This document shows, one piece after another, positions 59,001 to 64,000 of a DNA stretch of 64,000 nt. Every line of letters starts with the position of its first letter. The stretch's first letter is position 1. The stretch covers positions 160,001 through 224,000 of the forward strand of contig JBBIIG010000002.1 in the NCBI GenBank assembly GCA_037446635.1, read 5' to 3'. A model generated the notes under the pieces. That model was not told the origin of the DNA, did not search any database, and was given only the letters and a program-made list of their open reading frames with translations. This stretch comes from a bacterium (GTDB lineage: Bacteria; Zhuqueibacterota; Zhuqueibacteria; Oceanimicrobiales; Oceanimicrobiaceae). The translations under genes and the position numbers were made by a program.

Positions 59001-59100
59001 AGTGCATCAGGATGGCGACGGCCGAGCGCTCCGTTTTGTGTGCGGTTTCCCCAAACGGGCTGGGGATTTTGTTGGAGGTAATTTTCTTTTTACTCGGCAT
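56005..59100 (-). CDS. Type IIG-like fused restriction endonuclease/N6-adenine methyltransferase
   Basis: N-terminal PDVVIYE...LIEAK (PD-(D/E)xK); GQYFT; motif I ILDPSCGAGTFL; motif IV VGNPPY; AT-rich C-terminal target-recognition region. Confidence 0.9.
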   Translation of the reverse strand: MPSKKKITSNKIPSPFGETAHKTERSAVAILMHWMREIIEKDNLDLGMPDVETVGEDRKMPDVVIYESRRSQKVLCLIEAKPPYYDVFDEKELKEPARKKATERKAKYFALTNFKKLIWYSTEKVNSLQPEEEQIKQKYSLSELENLDDIEQTRHSESLKRGFADFLKQLHSVHIGKEPEPKQAIDELLIYRLHEKIRVLSTYYKRIIEDECHKDSSFSKKLSKWFIDQGWNFSWQSQDFQKAARQTAYLLVNKILFYNLLQAKRKHDLDPLEIPEGLTKSAMLQVTLHGYFSQVLKIDYETIYTTDFIDTIAFPDAKEVVIEIKELVYILKQYDFSKLGYDVIGRIFERLIPQDERHNLGQYFTSPDVVDVILRFCLHHENDKILDPSCGAGTFLVRAYQHKKLMNQRLEHEKILESLWGTDIAKFPAHLATINLAINDLGVDKNYPNILQEDFFTILVGDKGFDPENWRKRRAKTLGLKEREVIHPRWFDAVVGNPPYTRQEEISEIAPEDFQYKQNLIKSALYFHDKKMAEVGKRAGIHAYFFVHGAKFLKDGGFFGFIVSNSWLDTDYGKGLQEFFLKNFKIICIIESKVERWFEDADINTCIVILQKCAAKKEREENLVRFVYLKNPFKNLMPPAHDMWEKQVARLNAIDQLKRTILAHHDFYENDDLRIFPKLQQELWEEGFDPEEKKYVGTKWGKYTRAPLVLHKCLNSGKLIQIKDSSILEAKRGLRPGAAKYFYLTPDQIEKNKLEVEFTSPLLRSPQNLSKIKILEEEITFRVLDVQLPKEELRNKSKNILKYINRGEKEGINNKNIVSRNQWYSLPTDEYKATIVIPEAFDDTFIVYYASANPVVDQRFNIIISKSKIYEKILLAYFNSSFFWLVIEVIGRTALGLGALDFPSTDLNQAYVPTTASLKIKSSNQVFKLLTEIMERNVGSVFEEIGANSIESVALEKVKPDRRELDKIIMGEILGLTDAEQLEVYRAVVDLVKSRIEKARSFGKRNKTKEGIDVDSFKAAVIERIKREPEP

Positions 59101-59419
59101 GGTCCTTCAACACGTCATTGACGATTCTTCGCGCTATTTCAAAGGCAGCGGCAATACGTATGATTTTAACCTCCGCGATCCCCTTTATTTCTAAAAATTT
59201 TTCAAAAGGCTGATTTGCCATTCCTTTGAATGAGCCAAACTTAACCAATATTTCTTCCGCTATTTTTTCGGCTGGTTTACCTTTGATCCCAGTCGAGATC
59301 AGAATGGACAGCAGCTCTGCATCAGTTAGATTCTCAGCCCCAAGTTCTCTTAATTTCCCACCCGCGTGACGCCAGTGTGGTGAATCAGCGTTTTGCAAGT
59401 TAGACAACGTCTCCATCAT
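59090..59419 (-). CDS. Stand-alone RadC N-terminal (UPF0758-N, HhH) protein, no JAB domain
   Basis: KLRELGAENLTDAELLSILISTG...FGSFKG...IKGIAEVK...AFEIARR; stops before any JAB domain; GGGAGG SD. Confidence 0.85.
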   Translation of the reverse strand: MMETLSNLQNADSPHWRHAGGKLRELGAENLTDAELLSILISTGIKGKPAEKIAEEILVKFGSFKGMANQPFEKFLEIKGIAEVKIIRIAAAFEIARRIVNDVLKDHAE

Positions 59420-59429
59420 TCCCTCCCTT

Positions 59430-59507
59430 CTATTTTATCAGTACCACACGATAACGCGCTTTCCCTTTGCGAACGGTTTCGATGGCTGCGTAAGCGTGAA
59501 TGATCAT
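59430..59507 (-). pseudogene. 3' remnant resembling a Zn-dependent alcohol dehydrogenase (Ahr-like) C-terminus
   Basis: AAIETVRKGKARYRVVLIK* resembles the recalled Ahr ending (AIQHVRDGKARYRVVL). Confidence 0.5.
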
Positions 59508-59665
59508 AAGCGTGAAATCATTAAGTCTATTGGAAAAAGGATTAATGGATTGATGGATCAATGTACTGGCCTGTTCATTAATCCATTAATCCAATACTCC
59601 ATTTTTCGCATCATAAAATTAGGCATCATTACCCTAAGACCTGATGAATCGGTGAACTATTCCGG

Positions 59666-60298
59666 CTAATAAAAGGCCCACAGGCCGCCGGTCTCTTCCA
59701 GCCAATCGGCGATGTTATCGGCGGCTTTCCGAACGTCGTTGTCCGAGACATCTAATTCCAGTGCCGGCAGAATCGATCGCGAAATGAGCGTTCGCATCAG
59801 TTCCTGTTCTTTGATGAAAATTTGCAAATCATTGTACTGGTCCGGTTTGCCGGAGACTTTCAGCCGCTCGGCCCGCGCCGCGGCGAAGGACTCCGGCGTG
59901 CGGGTGCAAAAAGTAATTCGGAAGCCAATGGCCGCCAGCCGTTCTTCGAGCCAGCGAAAGTCGTAGTGTTTGTCATGCGCTTGCAGTTGATAGGCCTGCG
60001 TGGAAATGTGAAAGCGATCGACAATCCACGAATAGTAGCGCAGTTGTTCGAACAGCGTCACCCAGGTTTCATAAGTTGATATCGCCAGCGCTTCTTCCTG
60101 CGGCTCGAAATTGATGAGGCCGCGTCCCCACGGAAAATTGGTGAAGGCGCACCACTCGCCGGAAACCAGCGGGGAGTGATAACGATACTTGCGCGGCCCG
60201 ACAATACGCGGGTGCTCGTTCAACGTGAACGCAATCTCGGTTTTGAACGTCAGCCGCGTGCCTTCAAGAATGATTTTTGGACAGAGTTTGTTGGACAT
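59666..60298 (-). CDS. Hypothetical protein with an NMP/thymidylate-kinase-like layout
   Basis: KIILEGTRLTFKT (deviant P-loop) and WIVDRFHIS (TMK-like DR motif). Confidence 0.6.
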   Translation of the reverse strand: MSNKLCPKIILEGTRLTFKTEIAFTLNEHPRIVGPRKYRYHSPLVSGEWCAFTNFPWGRGLINFEPQEEALAISTYETWVTLFEQLRYYSWIVDRFHISTQAYQLQAHDKHYDFRWLEERLAAIGFRITFCTRTPESFAAARAERLKVSGKPDQYNDLQIFIKEQELMRTLISRSILPALELDVSDNDVRKAADNIADWLEETGGLWAFY

Positions 60299-60414
60299 AA
60301 TTAAACACCGAAACCACTGAAGTCGCCGAAAAAAGTTCTTTTTTCATAGAATGATTTCGGTAACATAACGAAATCTGCAAAACAGTCTTTTATTTTTTTC
60401 GGTGTCTTCGGTGA

Positions 60415-62094
60415 TCAATCTGCGGTTCCCCGAAGCTTCTCAAACTCATCCCCCTTCGTCCACGTGGGAGGATTCGAGGCATTGGCCACCCACATCCCCG
60501 CTAAAAACAGAACCTGCACGTGCTTTTTCATATAATTGTAGTTGAATGGCAGGGCCAGGTCATCCGAGGGCTGATGATAATATTTCACAAACTTTTGAAA
60601 ACCCTCGCGGTCCAATCCAAAAGATGGGAAAATTGCCGGCACGCCTTTTTTGGCGAAGCTGTAATGATCGCTGCGGAGAAAAATGTTTTCTTCCGGCAGA
60701 TCATCGGGCATGATTTTTAAGTTAAGCTGCTGAGCGGCTTTTTCCACCACCTCTCCCAGCGAACTCCGCTCCTGACCATACACCACCAGACCGGTGCTGT
60801 CGCCGAGGCCGATGATGTCAAAATTAAAATTGGCTACGGTTCTCGACAATGGAAAGATGGGGTTGTCAACGTAAAATTCCGAACCCAGCAAACCCTTTTC
60901 TTCGGCGGTTACCGCTAAAAACAACAGCGAGCGCTTGGGCGGTTCTGAAAGCAGCGAAAACGCCTCCGCCAATTCCAGCAGTCCGGCCACGCCGGAAGCA
61001 TTGTCGGCGGCGCCGTTATAAATTGAATCGCCGGCTACCGGCGCGCCAATGCCCACGTGATCGTAATGTGCGGAAAAAACCACCACCTCGGATTTAAGAA
61101 CCGGGTCGGCGCCTTCGATGTAGCCCACCACGTTGCGGTCTTCAATCTCCTTTTCATCCACAAAAATTTGCAATTGAATTTTCTTCTTCATTTCAAAAGA
61201 GGTTGCTTCCCCTTTCGCAACCTCTTCTTGAATCGCGGCGAAGGTTTTGGGGGAACCAGCAAAGATCAACTCAGCGGCGTCGGGATGAACAATGATCGCT
61301 GCAAAATCGCTGGCGCCGGCGGGCTGCTGTTTAGGCAGCGCCATCTGCGCGCCGCCGTAATAATTCTGCAAATCGGCCCAGCTCACGTGTTCCAGTGTTT
61401 CGCCCTGCAAAATCGTGATGGCGCCCAGCGCGTTCATCTTTTGAGCGGTCTCACGTTTTACATAACCATTGGCGTGTTTCGTCGGCTTGTCTCCCGCAAA
61501 AAATTTCTCATCTTGCGAAAGCGGCTCGCCGCTCAAGAACACGGTGAATTTACCGCTGACTTCGACATTTTTGAAGTCGTCATATTTATACTCTGGCGCG
61601 CGAATGCCAAAGCCAGTGAAAACCAATTCCCCGTTCAGAGTTTTGCTGCTTTGGCTGGGAGCGCTAACCACGATGAAATCCTTTCCGTAGGTGAGCGGGT
61701 ACATTTCGCCATCGACTTCGATTTTAACCTGCGAGCGCGGCGACGTCTGCTTTTGCAGCAGCGGAACATTTTGGAAATAAGAGTGATTTTCGCCCACCGG
61801 CTGCAGTCCCATTCGCTCAAACTGACTGGCAATATAAAGTGATGCCAGCCGAGCGCCGCGCGAGCCAGTGTCGCGGCCCTCGAGGAGATCATCTGCCAGA
61901 AATTCGACGTGGGCGCGGAGCTGCTCCCCGCTAATGGATTGCAGGGCCTCAGTCACCGATGGTTTCAACAGGTCGGAGATGACAACCGGCTCTCCGCTGT
62001 TCAACCCGTGAGAATTGACCTTTCCTTTAAAGTAGAAAACGCCAATTAAGAGGGCGAACAGCATGACCATGAAAACTGGAAAACGGTAGTACAT
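60415..62094 (-). CDS. M28 family metallopeptidase with PA domain
   Basis: EGRDTG, SAHYDH, NGAADNASG, TAEEKGLLGS, RSDH, YHQPSD. Confidence 0.93.
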   Translation of the reverse strand: MYYRFPVFMVMLFALLIGVFYFKGKVNSHGLNSGEPVVISDLLKPSVTEALQSISGEQLRAHVEFLADDLLEGRDTGSRGARLASLYIASQFERMGLQPVGENHSYFQNVPLLQKQTSPRSQVKIEVDGEMYPLTYGKDFIVVSAPSQSSKTLNGELVFTGFGIRAPEYKYDDFKNVEVSGKFTVFLSGEPLSQDEKFFAGDKPTKHANGYVKRETAQKMNALGAITILQGETLEHVSWADLQNYYGGAQMALPKQQPAGASDFAAIIVHPDAAELIFAGSPKTFAAIQEEVAKGEATSFEMKKKIQLQIFVDEKEIEDRNVVGYIEGADPVLKSEVVVFSAHYDHVGIGAPVAGDSIYNGAADNASGVAGLLELAEAFSLLSEPPKRSLLFLAVTAEEKGLLGSEFYVDNPIFPLSRTVANFNFDIIGLGDSTGLVVYGQERSSLGEVVEKAAQQLNLKIMPDDLPEENIFLRSDHYSFAKKGVPAIFPSFGLDREGFQKFVKYYHQPSDDLALPFNYNYMKKHVQVLFLAGMWVANASNPPTWTKGDEFEKLRGTAD

Positions 62095-62115
62095 AGTCCC
62101 TCCGTGATTAATGGA

Positions 62116-62712
62116 TCAAAACGGCCAGCGGTATTTCAACTCCAATTGCGGCGGTTGGTAATGTTTAATGATTTCGATCGCTTGCTCTGGCTCGGCGACG
62201 ACGTGGTAAATCTCGCCGAAGCGCGCTTCAATAAAATGCTCGGCAAATCCTCGCTCAAATTGTCGAATCAAATCATTAAAATAGCCTCGGGCGTTGACGA
62301 TGATAATCGGCTTGTTGTGAAATCCCAATTGTTTGAACGACAGCATTTCGGCGACTTCCTCGAAAGTGCCAAATCCGCCGGGCAGGGCAATGTAGGCGTC
62401 GCCGCTTTCCTCGAGGCCGCGCTTGCGGCTGCGCATATCTTCGCAGGCGATCATTTCCCGCACCTCGGGATCGGCCACGCCGATGTCTTGAAATTTTTGC
62501 AGAATGATGCCCACAACCTTGCCGCCGGCCGCGCGGGCGCCGGCGCTCACTTCCCCCATCAAACCGACTTTGCCGCCGCCGTAAACCAGCGTGTAACCAC
62601 TTTCCGCGATCAGGCGGCCCATCGTGCGCGCCACTTCCAGATATTCAGAATGAACATGGTTGCTGGAGGAGCAGTAAACGGTAATGGCTTTACATGAGTA
62701 CGGGCTGGTCAT
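62116..62712 (-). CDS. LOG family nucleotide phosphoribohydrolase (TIGR00730)
   Basis: VYGGG.VGLMG, MRSRK, ALPGGFGTFEE. Confidence 0.93.
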   Translation of the reverse strand: MTSPYSCKAITVYCSSSNHVHSEYLEVARTMGRLIAESGYTLVYGGGKVGLMGEVSAGARAAGGKVVGIILQKFQDIGVADPEVREMIACEDMRSRKRGLEESGDAYIALPGGFGTFEEVAEMLSFKQLGFHNKPIIIVNARGYFNDLIRQFERGFAEHFIEARFGEIYHVVAEPEQAIEIIKHYQPPQLELKYRWPF

Positions 62713-62742
62713 GGGTTCGCTTCTATACGAAAAGGCTCAAAA

Positions 62743-63453
62743 TTAGTTGATGTGATTATTGGCGGCGATAATTTCGCGCGCGCGTTGAAACACGGCATCG
62801 AACATCTGCTGAGTTAATTTGCCGGTAAAGGTATTTTGCTGGCTGGGGTGATACGAACCCAGCAGCGTCATCTTGCTGTTCAACGAAATTTCACAGCAAT
62901 GTGCAAACGGCGCTTGCTGGTGAGGTTGGCTGTTCAATTGTTTGTAAGCATTCAAAACCGTGTCAAACGCAATTTTGCCCAATGCCACGATCACCTTCAC
63001 CCGGGGAAGCCACTGCAGCTCCTGCACAAGATAATCAAAGCAGTTTTGCCGTTCTTCGCGTGTGGGTTTGTTTTGCGGCGGCGCACAGTGCAGGGCCGCG
63101 GTGATGTAGCAATCTTTTAAAGCGAGACCATCGTTGCGCGACACCGAGGCGGGCTGATTAGCAAACCCAAACTTGTGCAGCGTGGCGAACAGCCAGTCGC
63201 CGCTGCGGTCGCCGGTAAAAATGCGGCCGGTACGATTGCCGCCGTGCGCCGCCGGCGCCAAGCCGACGATGAGCAGCCGGGCCCGGGGGTCGCCAAAACT
63301 GGGGATAGGTTTGCCCCAATAGTCTTCGTCGGCGAAGCGCCGCACTTTTTCTTGAGCAACCTGCTCACGCCACGCCACCAGCCGTGGACATTGGCGGCAA
63401 CGGATGATCTGCTTTTGAAGCAGGCTGAGCTGCTGGCGATAATCCTGATTCAT
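62743..63453 (-). CDS. Uracil-DNA glycosylase family 5 (UdgB-like, Fe-S)
   Basis: CRQCPRL, GLAPAAHGGNRTGRIFTGD, CAPP.NKP, HPSQQN. Confidence 0.92.
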   Translation of the reverse strand: MNQDYRQQLSLLQKQIIRCRQCPRLVAWREQVAQEKVRRFADEDYWGKPIPSFGDPRARLLIVGLAPAAHGGNRTGRIFTGDRSGDWLFATLHKFGFANQPASVSRNDGLALKDCYITAALHCAPPQNKPTREERQNCFDYLVQELQWLPRVKVIVALGKIAFDTVLNAYKQLNSQPHQQAPFAHCCEISLNSKMTLLGSYHPSQQNTFTGKLTQQMFDAVFQRAREIIAANNHIN

Positions 63454-63664
63454 TCACATATTTTTGAAGTCTAACCTGTCTGCACAGGCAGGCAAGTTCT
63501 ATGAAAATAAAGTCTCAGTTGTTTACAACTCGGAGTAATGGAGTTTTGGATTAATGGATTAATGAAACGCAATAGCATTAATCCAGTAATCCATCAATCC
63601 GTCATATTTAATCATCTAAGCTGAGTATCTCCTTATCGCTGCTTGACTGTTTATGAGATCAAAA

Positions 63665-63895
63665 TTATATTTTTATGGGTTTCTTTTGAAAAATATTCAG
63701 CAACACTTTATAATCGGCATCCTTGATGATCTCTCCTTTGCGAATGCGCTCACAGAATGAGTCGGTCAACCGCCGCAGCTTTTCCGGGCTGTTGACTTTC
63801 TTCTGCTCAATGAGCTCGTTCGCGTTGCGCTGGAGGATTTTGATGACGGCTTCGCGCTCCTCCGGCGCGGCGATGCTGTAATTCGCCTTATCCAT
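63665..63895 (-). CDS. Hypothetical 76-aa protein
   Basis: ATG with GGAG SD; minus-strand promoter TTGACA-N16-TAAATT at 63922-63949. Confidence 0.65.
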   Translation of the reverse strand: MDKANYSIAAPEEREAVIKILQRNANELIEQKKVNSPEKLRRLTDSFCERIRKGEIIKDADYKVLLNIFQKKPIKI

Positions 63896-63970
63896 TTTCT
63901 CTCCGTCAAAATTGAAGTTTTAATTTAAAATAAAATGGCGAAATGTCAATCCAAAACCCAAAGATTCTAA

Positions 63971-63999
63971 TTGACTATTTAGCCGAAAGTATTTACATT
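63971..63999 (+). promoter_or_regulatory. Sigma70-like promoter for a gene beyond the window
   Basis: TTGACT-N17-TACATT. Confidence 0.55.
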
Positions 64000-64000
64000 C

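Noticed and set aside
59090..59419. Canonical radC or a broken radC pseudogene
   Set aside because: No JAB-domain remnant was seen downstream. The gene has a strong SD and its stop overlaps the next start, so it is treated as an intact stand-alone domain.
59618..59660. Fluoride riboswitch (minus-strand TAATGATGCCTA) or hammerhead ribozyme (plus-strand CTGATGA)
   Set aside because: The 5' GATGG pseudoknot partner of the fluoride motif is absent, and the hammerhead would need GAAA with flanking stems but has GAAC.

Overview
A 64-kb chromosomal segment of a Gram-negative bacterium. Gene style suggests candidate division KSB1 or Calditrichota (inference only). It mostly carries housekeeping genes: secDF, purA, rnhA, nrnA, a polyprenyl synthase, apbE, rsfS, argS, lspA, a fused E1 alpha/beta dehydrogenase, arfB, thyA-folA, lysC, selB, selD, add, a LOG protein and a family-5 UDG. 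No rRNA, tRNA or CRISPR array was seen. Several signals are missed or misread by the ORF track. (1) selD is a selenoprotein with an in-frame TGA (CAG-U-ASK) and a SECIS-like hairpin. (2) An AT-rich cassette between selB and selD encodes a DUF6722-like membrane protein and two paralogous ~35-aa single-TM peptides; as sequenced, the second peptide is fused in frame to SelD through an A6/A7 run difference. (3) A coupled operon of a stand-alone RadC N-terminal (HhH) protein, a Type IIG-like endonuclease-methyltransferase and a 128-aa unknown protein forms a candidate defence system. (4) A RAYT transposase with a +1 frameshift sits among nine GTAG REPs and is bracketed by a 62-bp direct repeat. (5) There are decayed remnants of a DGR Avd-like gene, a HicB-like gene, a ParD-like gene and an alcohol dehydrogenase. 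(6) Other features include a SpoIVB-peptidase/beta-propeller pair, a secreted protein with a phage-type autocleavage motif, and several families of small intergenic palindromes. All family assignments come from motifs read by eye; no database searches were run.
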